A DNA stretch of 64,000 nt from the NCBI GenBank assembly GCA_964493385.1, contig CAZBNW010000001.1, positions 22,267 to 86,266 of the forward strand. The letters run 5' to 3'. Made by a program: the position numbers and the translations under genes. Each line of letters starts with the position of its first letter. Position 1 is the first letter of the stretch. The notes under the pieces were generated by a model that worked only from the letters and a program-made list of their open reading frames with translations, searched no databases and was not told the origin of the DNA. This DNA comes from an uncultured archaeon (GTDB lineage Archaea; Asgardarchaeota; Lokiarchaeia; Sigyniarchaeales; SOKP01). Positions 31,287 to 41,177 of the stretch are shown piece by piece.

Positions 31287-31550
31287 ATGTCTGAACAAAC
31301 ATCAATCCTATTATATATTAAAAACATGCTCGCAGATTTAATTTATATCAATGGTATAATAGCAACTGAGCTAATAAAGGTGACCGAAAACACCGCTACT
31401 ATTCGTCGTGGAGAGGAGTTTTTAAGTAATACAAGTTGTCTGGCGGAACATCATGAATTGAACAAAAAGATCATCGACATAGTAAAAAAATATCAAAATA
31501 AGCCAACAGATCTTGCAATATTAGAGAGCCATATTTTAAAACACCTATAA
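31287..31550 (+). CDS. hypothetical protein
   Basis: 87-aa ORF, 22 nt upstream of the next gene. Confidence 0.3.
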   Translation: MSEQTSILLYIKNMLADLIYINGIIATELIKVTENTATIRRGEEFLSNTSCLAEHHELNKKIIDIVKKYQNKPTDLAILESHILKHL

Positions 31551-31572
31551 CAATTTTTCTAATGATTATATA

Positions 31573-32010
31573 ATGCCTGATAAATTTAATGAATTTGTAA
31601 AGAACCTTCAAAAAGAAATAATTCAAAAGGAAATTGAAGATCACAATGAAAAAATTGTAAATCTATGCTATAATCCTCAAAATTGGGGAAAACCTCCAAA
31701 AGAAGAAATAACAGTGTTTGAAGAACGACGAGGAGGTCCTAAAGAGTATTTCTTCGGATTATATTTAAAGATAGAGAATGATATAATCATCAAAGCAAAT
31801 TTTAGAACAGATGGTTGTGGTGTGATGATTGCAACTGGAAATCAACTAACATTATTAATAGAAGGCAAATCTATTGAATTTGCTGAAAATTTAAAACCAA
31901 AAGAAATAAATAATGCATTAATGAGAATACCTCCTGATGAAAAACATTGTATTGATTTAGCAATCAACACTCTCAAAACTGCAATTAAAAAATATAAACA
32001 TGAGCATTAA
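31573..32010 (+). CDS. NifU/IscU-like Fe-S scaffold domain protein
   Basis: DGCGVMIATGNQLTLLIEGKS and PPDEKHCIDLAINTLKTAI parallel IscU GCGxxxAS and LPxxKxHCSxLA. The first conserved Cys is not evident. Confidence 0.5.
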   Translation: MPDKFNEFVKNLQKEIIQKEIEDHNEKIVNLCYNPQNWGKPPKEEITVFEERRGGPKEYFFGLYLKIENDIIIKANFRTDGCGVMIATGNQLTLLIEGKSIEFAENLKPKEINNALMRIPPDEKHCIDLAINTLKTAIKKYKHEH

Positions 32011-32019
32011 TTTAAGTTT

Positions 32020-32745
32020 GTGATGATAGGTTTAAAAACTGAAAATATTGATATCCCTATAAAGTCAGAAAATATTAAACTTAAAGGATCAATTTATTAT
32101 ACTTCAAAAACTCCTTTAAAGGCTCCATGGATAATTATTCTGGCAGGATTCTTAGCTCATCGTGGAAGCAAATTTGTTAAAGCTTTTTCTGAGAGATTTG
32201 CCCGCGTTGGTTATTATGTTTTATCTTATGATTACCGAGGTCATGGAGAAACAGAAAAAGAAACAGATAGGGTTGATTTTATTAAAGTAACACCAAAAAT
32301 TTTTTCAGATATTCACGAAGTAATCAGTTGGATATTAGAAAACCAATCAAATAGACTTTTAGATGATAAAATTGCCTTATTTGGAAGAAGTTATGGTGGA
32401 GCAATTATATTGACGCATGGATTCATAGACAAAAGAGCAAAAATCTTAATCGCTCTTTGTACTCGTTATGATTACAATACGGTTAATCTAAAAGTCCCTC
32501 AGGATCTTGTAGAAAAAATTAGTCCCAAATATTTTCTTAAAAATGATCCCTTAAATAACGATAGAATTCTTATAGGACATTGCAAAGACGATATAAGAAT
32601 GCCCTTTGAAAATGTCATTCAAATCAAAGAGTATCTAGGTTTAAGTGATAAAAATGTATTAATATACGATAAAGGAGGTCATTCATTTGAAGGTCAAAGA
32701 GATCATCTATTTAATTATTCAATTAAATTCTTGAAAAAATTATAA
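32020..32745 (+). CDS. alpha/beta hydrolase
   Basis: GRSYGGA nucleophile elbow (GxSxG), with late D and GGHSF as catalytic His candidates. Confidence 0.6.
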   Translation: MMIGLKTENIDIPIKSENIKLKGSIYYTSKTPLKAPWIIILAGFLAHRGSKFVKAFSERFARVGYYVLSYDYRGHGETEKETDRVDFIKVTPKIFSDIHEVISWILENQSNRLLDDKIALFGRSYGGAIILTHGFIDKRAKILIALCTRYDYNTVNLKVPQDLVEKISPKYFLKNDPLNNDRILIGHCKDDIRMPFENVIQIKEYLGLSDKNVLIYDKGGHSFEGQRDHLFNYSIKFLKKL

Positions 32746-32799
32746 GAAAAGAATTTATATGTTAAAATATTAAAAGTTAAAATATTTTGTGAGATACCA

Positions 32800-33702
32800 A
32801 TGGAAAAAATTCTAATTGTTGGACCAGCTTCACAAATTCTGGGAGTAAGAATAGCTCAAGAATTAGGAATTGAGCCAATTAATACAGAAACTAAAAAATT
32901 TCCAGATGGAGAAAATTACGTAAGAATTAATATTGAAGATGAAACTCTAATTGCAGGTAAAGAAATAATAATTGTACAATCAACAGGCCCTAGTACTAGT
33001 TCTGATCAAAATGATAGATTAATGGAACTATTTATGATGATTGACTCTGTTAAACGTATGGGAGCAGTAAAAATAATTGTTGTTGCTCCTTATCTAGCCT
33101 ACGCACGTCAAGATAAAATATTTCGACCAGGAGAAAGTCAATTTGGTAATGTCATTATCCGTTTAATCAGTTCTTTAGGTATCGATGAATTCTATGCGGT
33201 TGATATGCATGCTCCTTTAATCATGGAAGAGTGCTCATGTAAAGCAATTAACATTGATTCTATGAAATTACTAGCTGATTATATTAAATATAAGGGGGCT
33301 AAGGATATTGTAGTAGTAGCACCAGATAAAGGTGCTATAGAAAGATCAATTGCATTTGCCAAACATTTTGGTGAGAATATTCCTGTAGAAGTATTTGAAA
33401 AAGAAAGAGATGTTAAAACTGGAGAAATAAAAATGAGTGGTGTTTTGAATCTTAAAGATAAAGATGTTGTTATTGCTGATGATATTATTGCTACAGGGAG
33501 AACAATGGCAACAGCAATAAAATTAGCTAAAGCTAGCGGAGCTAGGAAAGTTTTTGTGGTAGCAACTCACGCATTATTGCTAGAACAAGCCAAATTTAGA
33601 ATAATAAAAGCTGGAGCAGACGAAATAATTGGTACAGACTCCATTGACAATGAAGCCAGTAAGGTTTCATTAGCAAAAATAATAGCTGATTATATAAAAT
33701 AA
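32800..33702 (+). CDS. prs: ribose-phosphate pyrophosphokinase
   Basis: FPDGENYVRI, APYLAYARQDK and DDIIATGRTMA (PRPP-binding loop). Confidence 0.9.
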   Translation: MEKILIVGPASQILGVRIAQELGIEPINTETKKFPDGENYVRINIEDETLIAGKEIIIVQSTGPSTSSDQNDRLMELFMMIDSVKRMGAVKIIVVAPYLAYARQDKIFRPGESQFGNVIIRLISSLGIDEFYAVDMHAPLIMEECSCKAINIDSMKLLADYIKYKGAKDIVVVAPDKGAIERSIAFAKHFGENIPVEVFEKERDVKTGEIKMSGVLNLKDKDVVIADDIIATGRTMATAIKLAKASGARKVFVVATHALLLEQAKFRIIKAGADEIIGTDSIDNEASKVSLAKIIADYIK

Positions 33703-33716
33703 GATATTTATAAAAA

Positions 33717-34259
33717 TTAATAGTTATTAATAATGTCTAAGACTATTTTTCTTGTTTTTTTCTGTAAATCCTCAATGGTAGAATTATTTAGAATTGTATA
33801 ATCTGCGTTTTCTAAAACTTTATTAAGCCCAAATTCGATTTCTCTTTTATCTCTCTCTTTTAGATCTTCAAGATTTTTTGGATCATCACTACGGCCTCTT
33901 CGAAAAAGTCGATTAAATCTTTTTTCTTCATCAGCAACAATAGTTATAATTGGAAATTTCCAAAACTTTCTAAATATATTAACTTCAGAGAGAGACCTGA
34001 CCCCATCGACAAAAATAACTTCTTCATGTTTATTTTTTATTAAATCTACACATTTTTTAGCTATTATTGCTGGTCCCCCTTTTTCACGCAATTCCTTAGC
34101 GATTTTACCTATAATATCTCCAGAAGGTTCTAAATTCCTCTTTTTGGCTTCATCTCGAATAACATCGCCCATAGTTACAACAATCCCTAAATCTTTTATT
34201 GCTTCTATTGCCGTTGTTTTACCAGAAGCGGGTTGACCCGCTATTGCTATTACTTTCAT
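33717..34259 (-). CDS. P-loop nucleotide kinase-like protein (archaeal UPF0200-like)
   Basis: MKVIAIAGQPASGKTT P-loop followed by MGDVIRDEAKKR. Size and layout resemble the small archaeal kinase family. Confidence 0.55.
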   Translation of the reverse strand: MKVIAIAGQPASGKTTAIEAIKDLGIVVTMGDVIRDEAKKRNLEPSGDIIGKIAKELREKGGPAIIAKKCVDLIKNKHEEVIFVDGVRSLSEVNIFRKFWKFPIITIVADEEKRFNRLFRRGRSDDPKNLEDLKERDKREIEFGLNKVLENADYTILNNSTIEDLQKKTRKIVLDIINNY

Positions 34260-34372
34260 GAATATAAATTTAACTAATATAATTTAAATATTTAGACTTT
34301 GTTTAGATTCTATATAGAATAAGAAATAAAAATTTTAAAGTATAACATAACAAAGCTTTAATTGCAGAAGTT

Positions 34373-35497
34373 ATGAAGAAAAATAAAAAAATTGATCCAT
34401 TCAAAACTTTATGTATATTAACTCAAAAAGCATATAATAGAATCGTAGGTTATGCAATAAGATATGCTAATCAAGATATGAACCCAGATAAATGGCGTGA
34501 AGTATACGGAATTTTAATAGGATCAATAGAAAATAACGCTAAAGTAATTGTAAAAGACGCAATTCCGATGGTAGTTGGAGATAGAGCTGGTGTAAAATAT
34601 GAAAATAAACAATATGTCGATATGGCTCAAATTGACGCTTCTGTATTCGAACGATCTATTCAGGATAATAAAACTGATTTTATCATTGGATGGTTTCATA
34701 CTCACCCTGGCTTCGGATTTTTTTATTCTCCAATAGATTGCATGACTCAGTTAGGATATCAAATCCCTAATCCATATGCAGTAGGTTTAATTTTTGATCA
34801 TTGTGAGAAGGAATCCGATCTACATTTTCTGGGAATTGCTGGGCTAAGATTAAAAGATCCAGAATTAGGAATTTCCTCTACTTATGACTTGATCGAATTG
34901 AACTATGAATTAGAAGAAAAAACAATGGTAGAAAAAGTTGAAAAAACAATTAAAAAAATTGACAAAAACATGGATAAGGCATTGAAAGAAATTAAATACA
35001 TTGATGAGGTGCTCCGAAAAAAGGCTTTGGCTCAATTACAGAGGAATTTTGGATTAATTTTAGTTCCTAAAGAAGAAGTAATTATTACTGATGATGAAGA
35101 GGTAGCTGAAGAGGATGAACGGTATTTATATGAGTGGGATCCTGAATTCTTTAAAAAATCATATCGTATTCCAAAATTTAGAGAAAAAATAGAAAAGGTT
35201 ATAGCAACCGCTTACGATGAATTAGATAAATTAATTGAAAAGAAAGAAAAAGAAAAATATGAAAATAGAAAAGAGAAATTAATAAAAAAAATTCAAAATA
35301 TGTTAAAAAAACCAAATGAATGGTATGATAAATTAATGGAGAATTTCTCTAAAAAAATTGAAGGTATTTTTCCTTTTTATACTTATCTAGACACTAATGA
35401 AAGGAAAGTTATTGAATATTTTGAAGAGAGAAGTTTTGAATATTATAAAATCTTAGATGAGCTAAATAACAGAGCAGAATTAAAATTGGAAGAGTAA
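34373..35497 (+). CDS. JAB1/MPN/Mov34 (JAMM) metalloprotease with long C-terminal coiled coil
   Basis: Complete JAMM motif HTHPGFGFFYSPID (HxHx7Sx2D, nt 34697-34738) with an upstream E (REVYGILIG). The C-terminal 200 aa are K/E-rich and helical. Confidence 0.75.
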   Translation: MKKNKKIDPFKTLCILTQKAYNRIVGYAIRYANQDMNPDKWREVYGILIGSIENNAKVIVKDAIPMVVGDRAGVKYENKQYVDMAQIDASVFERSIQDNKTDFIIGWFHTHPGFGFFYSPIDCMTQLGYQIPNPYAVGLIFDHCEKESDLHFLGIAGLRLKDPELGISSTYDLIELNYELEEKTMVEKVEKTIKKIDKNMDKALKEIKYIDEVLRKKALAQLQRNFGLILVPKEEVIITDDEEVAEEDERYLYEWDPEFFKKSYRIPKFREKIEKVIATAYDELDKLIEKKEKEKYENRKEKLIKKIQNMLKKPNEWYDKLMENFSKKIEGIFPFYTYLDTNERKVIEYFEERSFEYYKILDELNNRAELKLEE

Positions 35498-35634
35498 TAG
35501 CATAGATATTTTATTTTGTATTTATCAAACTTTAAAAATATAAAAAAATATAATCAATTTAAGTACTTTAGCAAAATTTTATATTGATAGTAAATTATTA
35601 AGAATTAATCAAGCTTCTTTTTAAAGGTTCTTTC

Positions 35635-35961
35635 ATGGTTAATGAAACTACAATTATAATAAGAAACAGAAACGATAAAGAAAAATCAATTAAAGATGCA
35701 ATATTTGCATTTTCTGGGGGTAGAAAATCATTATTAATAAAGGGTGAAGGGGAAGAAATCAGCACCGCGGTAGAAGTTGCCGAAATTTTAAAAAGTCGTA
35801 TGTATCCTAGAATAGAAATCGGAAATGTTTCTTTAGGAAGTCGTCCTTATCTATATAATAGGCAACGTGGTTATTATAATAAAAGTAATAAGGTAAATAA
35901 GAAAAAAATAGATATCATTTCAAAAATTGAAATTACGCTTCAAACCAAATCATTTACTTAA
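35635..35961 (+). CDS. Alba-like DNA/RNA-binding protein
   Basis: LLIKGEGEEISTAVEVAEILKSRMYPRIEIGNVSLGS parallels Alba (IKARGRAISKAVDxxEIVRNRF...I..GS). Confidence 0.5.
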   Translation: MVNETTIIIRNRNDKEKSIKDAIFAFSGGRKSLLIKGEGEEISTAVEVAEILKSRMYPRIEIGNVSLGSRPYLYNRQRGYYNKSNKVNKKKIDIISKIEITLQTKSFT

Positions 35962-35965
35962 TTTT

Positions 35966-36145
35966 ATGAAATCAAACGCTAAATCTAATTTTGAACATTT
36001 AGGGCCACTATTAGAAGAGACCCGGCTCTCTGAAATTTGTCAGATCTGTAATAATTTCATTTATAAACGTATTTATTACGACGAAAATTCTACAAATAAA
36101 AGGAAAACTGTTTTTGTCTGTAAGAATTGCTTAAATAATGAATAA
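35966..36145 (+). CDS. small zinc-ribbon protein
   Basis: CQICNN...CKNC four-Cys pattern. Start taken at the Met just after the upstream stop. Short ORF. Confidence 0.3.
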   Translation: MKSNAKSNFEHLGPLLEETRLSEICQICNNFIYKRIYYDENSTNKRKTVFVCKNCLNNE

Positions 36146-36180
36146 GGAAATTTAGTTAATATAGTTCTTATTATTGTACT

Positions 36181-37005
36181 TTACGAATTTGTCTTTTTTT
36201 TGAGTTTCTTCTGACTACGTTTCTCTAGATACTTATTCCAATCAAAAGCCATAATAAAAAACATAACGGTTATTGTAACTATTAGTAAAATTGCTTCCGT
36301 TATTATGCTTGATTTATCGTTAGATTGAATTCCTTGAGTTACGAATCCAAGTGCTATAAAAATAGGCCAACAACAGTAAATTAGAGTTGTAATGTTTTTA
36401 CCTAACCACCCAGGAATAATACATTTCCAAAAGGGATATTTTATCATACCTAATGGCAAGAATAAAATATCATCTGGTAGTGGAGTCAATGCAAATAGAA
36501 ATATATATAAAGGCGTACGTTTTTCGTTTTCTAAGATTAATTTGCCAAATCCATCTATATTATTCAATATTTCTGAGTCTCTTTCTTCAGTTATTTTTTT
36601 TGTTCCATACCCAACAGCATAGCCAGTGAATTCGCCTAATGCACTGCCTAAACCTCCTATTAATGCAAGACCGATAATTTCAAGCCAAAAAGAACCAGTT
36701 TGCAATATTTGTGTTAGTTCTAATCCTATGTTATAGTATTTAAGATATACTGCGTTTGATAGTGAAAATAAAACAAATGGAAAAGGAATTGGAAATCCTA
36801 TTGATGCTGAGCCTAAAAAGCATATCCCAAGAGAAATCAATAGAGCCCAAAAATAATTTGAGCCTTGTGTAATTACAATTAAGTTTTTTCTTGCACTTAT
36901 AACAAAGTTTTGAAAATCTGGTATATATAAAAATAGAAATATATAAGCAATAACAATTAAGTAAAAGATCGTGAATACAATAGTTAATTTCTTCGAAACT
37001 GCCAT
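36181..37005 (-). CDS. polytopic membrane protein (possible DedA/VTT-like)
   Basis: 274 aa with about 7 TM helices. The family assignment is weak. Confidence 0.4.
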   Translation of the reverse strand: MAVSKKLTIVFTIFYLIVIAYIFLFLYIPDFQNFVISARKNLIVITQGSNYFWALLISLGICFLGSASIGFPIPFPFVLFSLSNAVYLKYYNIGLELTQILQTGSFWLEIIGLALIGGLGSALGEFTGYAVGYGTKKITEERDSEILNNIDGFGKLILENEKRTPLYIFLFALTPLPDDILFLPLGMIKYPFWKCIIPGWLGKNITTLIYCCWPIFIALGFVTQGIQSNDKSSIITEAILLIVTITVMFFIMAFDWNKYLEKRSQKKLKKKTNS

Positions 37006-37009
37006 ATTA

Positions 37010-37387
37010 TTATTTCTTTTTTGATAATTTAGTATTTAATCCGTTCCTTGCCTTTAATAGTATTTCAAGATTAGTATTTACTTTCCCAATTTTATTTACT
37101 TTATTTGGCATTTCAATGTCTTCAATAATTATTATTAATTCATCGGTTTTAGGTTTATAAAGAATATCGCCTTTTTCACCATTTGTTGTTGATTTAGCAT
37201 TAGTTCCTTTATATATTTCTACACCAGGTAATGTCCAATATTTCTTTGAACCAAAACTAAATCTTCCTCTTAATATAAAAGGTAATTTATCAATTATTGC
37301 ATCTGCCGTAAGGGGTGCTATATATCGGATAATATCACCTTCTAATGTGCCAATTCCGAATAAATCTATCTTTATTGGTACACTCAT
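37010..37387 (-). CDS. cyclophilin-like fold protein (Cyclophil_like/DUF-type)
   Basis: 125 aa. The pattern APLTADAIIDKLPF...GDILYKPKTDELIIII...IGKV resembles the PF04126-type family. Low certainty. Confidence 0.35.
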   Translation of the reverse strand: MSVPIKIDLFGIGTLEGDIIRYIAPLTADAIIDKLPFILRGRFSFGSKKYWTLPGVEIYKGTNAKSTTNGEKGDILYKPKTDELIIIIEDIEMPNKVNKIGKVNTNLEILLKARNGLNTKLSKKK

Positions 37388-37998
37388 ATTTTATAAATAA
37401 TGTAATTTCTGATATTTATATTATTTTAAATTAAATCTTAAAAATATTATATTTTTGTCAAAATAATTAATAAAGACTTTATTTCCATTAATAACAAGAT
37501 TTAAATAGTCAAATTATCATATATTTATCTGGACAATAGGTCTGTTTTGCATTGGAATTAGATACACAATTACGGTTTGCACACCGAATTAGTTGTATAC
37601 ACAAATTAAACTGATCCTTAATTTCCGACAATTTTTTTTAGATTCTAAGGATTCAAAACACTCTCATTAAAATTATTCACATTTTTCATTTGTTCCTGTA
37701 GTGCTTAAAACACACAATATAAATTATACAGAAGAAACATGATTAATTCGGCACTTTGGAGCAGGATTTAAAGTATTTCAACAAATTCTCGATTTAATTT
37801 GCACATTTTTGGAATATAAGACAACCTAACTTTAAAACTAGAACTCTAGTTGGATATTGCCGTATTTTTTTTTGATACCTGAGACATTGGGACTTGTATT
37901 GCATTAAATCGGAATTAGAATATATATAGGAGCTTTGATTTCATAATTGCTTCATTGGACTATGCCTCTTTAATTCCTTTGAATCAATTATACTTAGA

Positions 37999-38874
37999 TT
38001 AATCGGAGCGCCTATTGTCCTCTTTTTTTTTTTTTAAGTTAGTTAAATCATCTAAATTATCAATATCAAAAAAGTGATCTTTACTTTCAATTTCAAAAGC
38101 AAAAACTTTCTTTCCATTAACAATCATATGATTTATTGTCTCCCAAACCGTTTTTACTGAAATTTTATCCTTCAATTTCAAGATTTCGTTGATAGAATCA
38201 TAACTTAATGCAAAGATGGGAATAAATTGATTTAAAACATCCTTAGAAGGAATATCACTAAGTTTCACCTGAGAAATTCTTTTTAAAACGATTTCTGAAC
38301 CGATTTTTTCAACTTCAGCATTAGAAATTAATTTAATTCTTTTATGAATTCCTTTAAATGTTTTTAATCCTATATTTCTATAAAAAACAAATGGATGCTC
38401 TTGAATCAACTGATAATTCTTAGAAATTATGAATAAAACTTCTTTCAATATGTTTAAATGAAAGATAGTATCCCCAGGGATTATTATATAGGAGTTATCA
38501 GGATTGAAGAAAGTTTTATTCTTGGTAATAGATAAGAAAGAATATAATGGCCCTAATTTATATTGATTTTCTGTATTAATTATTATCAGTTTATCTTGTA
38601 AGGAGCTATTATTTTTTATTATTGTTGAAATAAAATCACGTATTGTATCGCCTAAATAACCTATTACTATAGCAATCTGCTTTATTTCTAAATTAATTAA
38701 ATTATTAATAATATGATTGAGAATTGAAGTATTATTTAATATTTCGATTTTAATTAATGGTTTTGGTATGTTCTTTGTAATTTCTTTAAGTCTTGTTCCT
38801 TCTCCAGCACATAAAATGACAATAGATAATTTTTCTTTAAAATCATTCTTTAGTAGTGACAATTCTATTCCCAT
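37999..38874 (-). CDS. nucleotidyltransferase (NTP-transferase fold)
   Basis: LSIVILCAGEGTRLKEITKNIPKPLIKI signature. Overlaps the 3' end of map by 32 nt. Confidence 0.6.
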   Translation of the reverse strand: MGIELSLLKNDFKEKLSIVILCAGEGTRLKEITKNIPKPLIKIEILNNTSILNHIINNLINLEIKQIAIVIGYLGDTIRDFISTIIKNNSSLQDKLIIINTENQYKLGPLYSFLSITKNKTFFNPDNSYIIIPGDTIFHLNILKEVLFIISKNYQLIQEHPFVFYRNIGLKTFKGIHKRIKLISNAEVEKIGSEIVLKRISQVKLSDIPSKDVLNQFIPIFALSYDSINEILKLKDKISVKTVWETINHMIVNGKKVFAFEIESKDHFFDIDNLDDLTNLKKKKEDNRRSD

Positions 38875-39760
38875 CCATATCTATTACAATTGTATGCTCC
38901 TCTTGAGCTACGGGTTCTTTAGATTTTTCTACTAGAATATGATATTTATCTAAAATTTTTTTTCTTATGAAAGATTCAATAGTTCTCAGTATATTATTTT
39001 TAGGTATAAGATTATTATTTTCTATCCATCGTAGCGAAAATGGAAGGTGTCGAAAGTTTTTCTCGATTTTATTCATATATCCTAAGTGTTCATATGGCAT
39101 ATTTTTTTTGATTCTTTTTACAAATCGAAATATATAGGCATTTTTCCCATTCTCGACTTTTCCTACACCAGAAGTAGCAAAAGGTTCACAAGCATATGCA
39201 TCTCCTGGTTTTAATACTTGATTGTGCATTTTTTCCTTATAATTTGGAATGAAAGATCCGGCGTGTAAATTATATTGCTTTAATTCATGGCCACCCAAAT
39301 TTATTATAGGGCGTAAACCTCGATTTATAATCTTTTGAGCAATGACTTCACCAAGTTCATATAATTTAGTTCCTGGATTAAATAATTCAATCGCAGCTTC
39401 AAGAGCTTCTTTTGCTGCTTCGATGTAATTTTGGAGCTTAGGATCCTCGTTGATATTAATAGTAAATGCAGAATCTGCAATATATCCGTTAAAATGTGCC
39501 CCAATATCAATTTTTAATAATCCTTTTTCTGGAACTGTAGTCTGATCATCAATTGGAGGGCTATAATGAGCAGCAATTTCATTTAAAGACATATTGATTG
39601 GAAAAGAAAGTCCACATCCGTTCTTTATTATTTCCTCTTCGCATTTATTTGCGATTTCTAAAAATGGTTCTCCTGGTTTAACTAATTTTTTTGCTAATTT
39701 TTTAGCAGCAATAAGTCCACTTCCAGCTTTGATATAATCCTTAATATAACTATTTGTCAT
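38843..39760 (-). CDS. map: methionine aminopeptidase, type 2 (archaeal/eukaryal)
   Basis: Metal ligand context: AAHYSP, DIGAHFNGYIADSAFT, GGHELKQYNLHAG, YACEPFAT and QEEHTIV. Confidence 0.85.
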   Translation of the reverse strand: MTNSYIKDYIKAGSGLIAAKKLAKKLVKPGEPFLEIANKCEEEIIKNGCGLSFPINMSLNEIAAHYSPPIDDQTTVPEKGLLKIDIGAHFNGYIADSAFTININEDPKLQNYIEAAKEALEAAIELFNPGTKLYELGEVIAQKIINRGLRPIINLGGHELKQYNLHAGSFIPNYKEKMHNQVLKPGDAYACEPFATSGVGKVENGKNAYIFRFVKRIKKNMPYEHLGYMNKIEKNFRHLPFSLRWIENNNLIPKNNILRTIESFIRKKILDKYHILVEKSKEPVAQEEHTIVIDMDGNRIVTTKE

Positions 39761-39793
39761 TTTTTTCGAAGATGTTATTATTAATAAATAAAA

Positions 39794-41116
39794 TTAAGGA
39801 ATTAATCGATCGGGTGTTCTTGGATACATAACCGATTCCCGGATATCATCTAATCCACATAAAAGAGTTAACCATCTATCAACACCTAATCCAAATCCTG
39901 CATGTGGCGGCATTCCATAATCAAATGCATTAAGATGTGATGTAAACGCAAGTGAGTTAAGTCCTTTTTCTTCAAGTGCTTTTACTAATTGTTCTTTATT
40001 GTGAACTCTAGTACCTCCTGAAGTCAATTCTAACATTCCTTTTTGCAGATCAAAGGATTCACTGTATTTATGATTTTTTGAGGGCATAATGTAAAAAGGT
40101 TTAATAGACATTGGCCAATGAGTAATATAATAATATTCAGTTAGTTCTTCACCTAATTTCCTATAAGCCTCAGTAGAAATGTCTTCTCCGAATTCAATGT
40201 TCAATCTAAATTTTTTATTAATTAAATCAATGATTTCTTCATACTTATATCTTGGAAAAGGAATGTCTGGTACGATTGTTTTATTTTCCATTTCTAAATA
40301 TTTTAATGCTGATATTTGATTCTCTCTTATATCTTTAATGACAGTATGAACCATTTCCTCCAATATTTTAAGAATATCTTCCATTGTTGAAAATGCCATT
40401 TCTACGTCTAAAGTAAAAATCTCACATAAATGTCTTTTTGTGCGGCTTTTTTCAGCTCTAAAACAATCACTTATTTCAAAAACCTTTTCATATACTCCGC
40501 TCAATTGTTCTTTATATAATTGAGCAGATTGAGTAAGAAATGCTTCTTTTTCAAAGTATATAATAGGAAATAACTCAGTACCTCCTTCTGTTGCAGACCC
40601 TATAATTTTGGGTGTTGTTATCTCAGTAAAATCTCTTTCAAATAAAAATTTCCTAATAGATCTAAGCAATTCTCCTCTAATCTCAAACACAGCTTGATTT
40701 TTAAGGGATCTTAGATCTAAAGCTCTATTATTCAATCTTAGATCTAACTCTGAGATAGTTTCTCCTGTCATATCTATAGGAAGCTTATCAGGTGTAGTAT
40801 TTAATATTTTTATTTCAGTAGGAATAATTTCAATTCCTCCTGGTGCTTCATTGAACGCTTTTACAATTCCCTTTACCATTATGCAATATTGATATCCAAC
40901 TTTTGCTTTTTCAAACACCTCATCAGAAACAACTCCCTTTTTTAAGGTTATTTGGCGTTCTCCATATTTATCTTGAAGAGATATAAATTTTAAACCTCCA
41001 AGATCCCTGTAATTTCGAACCCATCCACCTAAAATGACTTCTTTATTCACTAAATCTGTTGTTACATCTTTCGTGAAATAGATTTTTCTCCAATTATCCA
41101 AATTGTCAAGTGGCAA
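39794..41116 (-). CDS. aspS: aspartyl-tRNA synthetase, archaeal/eukaryal type
   Basis: OB-fold N-domain ([19 protein letters not shown]). Class II motifs [15 protein letters not shown] and [18 protein letters not shown] start. Confidence 0.9.
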   Translation of the reverse strand: MPLDNLDNWRKIYFTKDVTTDLVNKEVILGGWVRNYRDLGGLKFISLQDKYGERQITLKKGVVSDEVFEKAKVGYQYCIMVKGIVKAFNEAPGGIEIIPTEIKILNTTPDKLPIDMTGETISELDLRLNNRALDLRSLKNQAVFEIRGELLRSIRKFLFERDFTEITTPKIIGSATEGGTELFPIIYFEKEAFLTQSAQLYKEQLSGVYEKVFEISDCFRAEKSRTKRHLCEIFTLDVEMAFSTMEDILKILEEMVHTVIKDIRENQISALKYLEMENKTIVPDIPFPRYKYEEIIDLINKKFRLNIEFGEDISTEAYRKLGEELTEYYYITHWPMSIKPFYIMPSKNHKYSESFDLQKGMLELTSGGTRVHNKEQLVKALEEKGLNSLAFTSHLNAFDYGMPPHAGFGLGVDRWLTLLCGLDDIRESVMYPRTPDRLIP

Positions 41117-41177
41117 CTTATAAACTCTTAAAATTTTCTCGAATATATTTTTTAAAATTAAAGTAAAAATAAAATTT

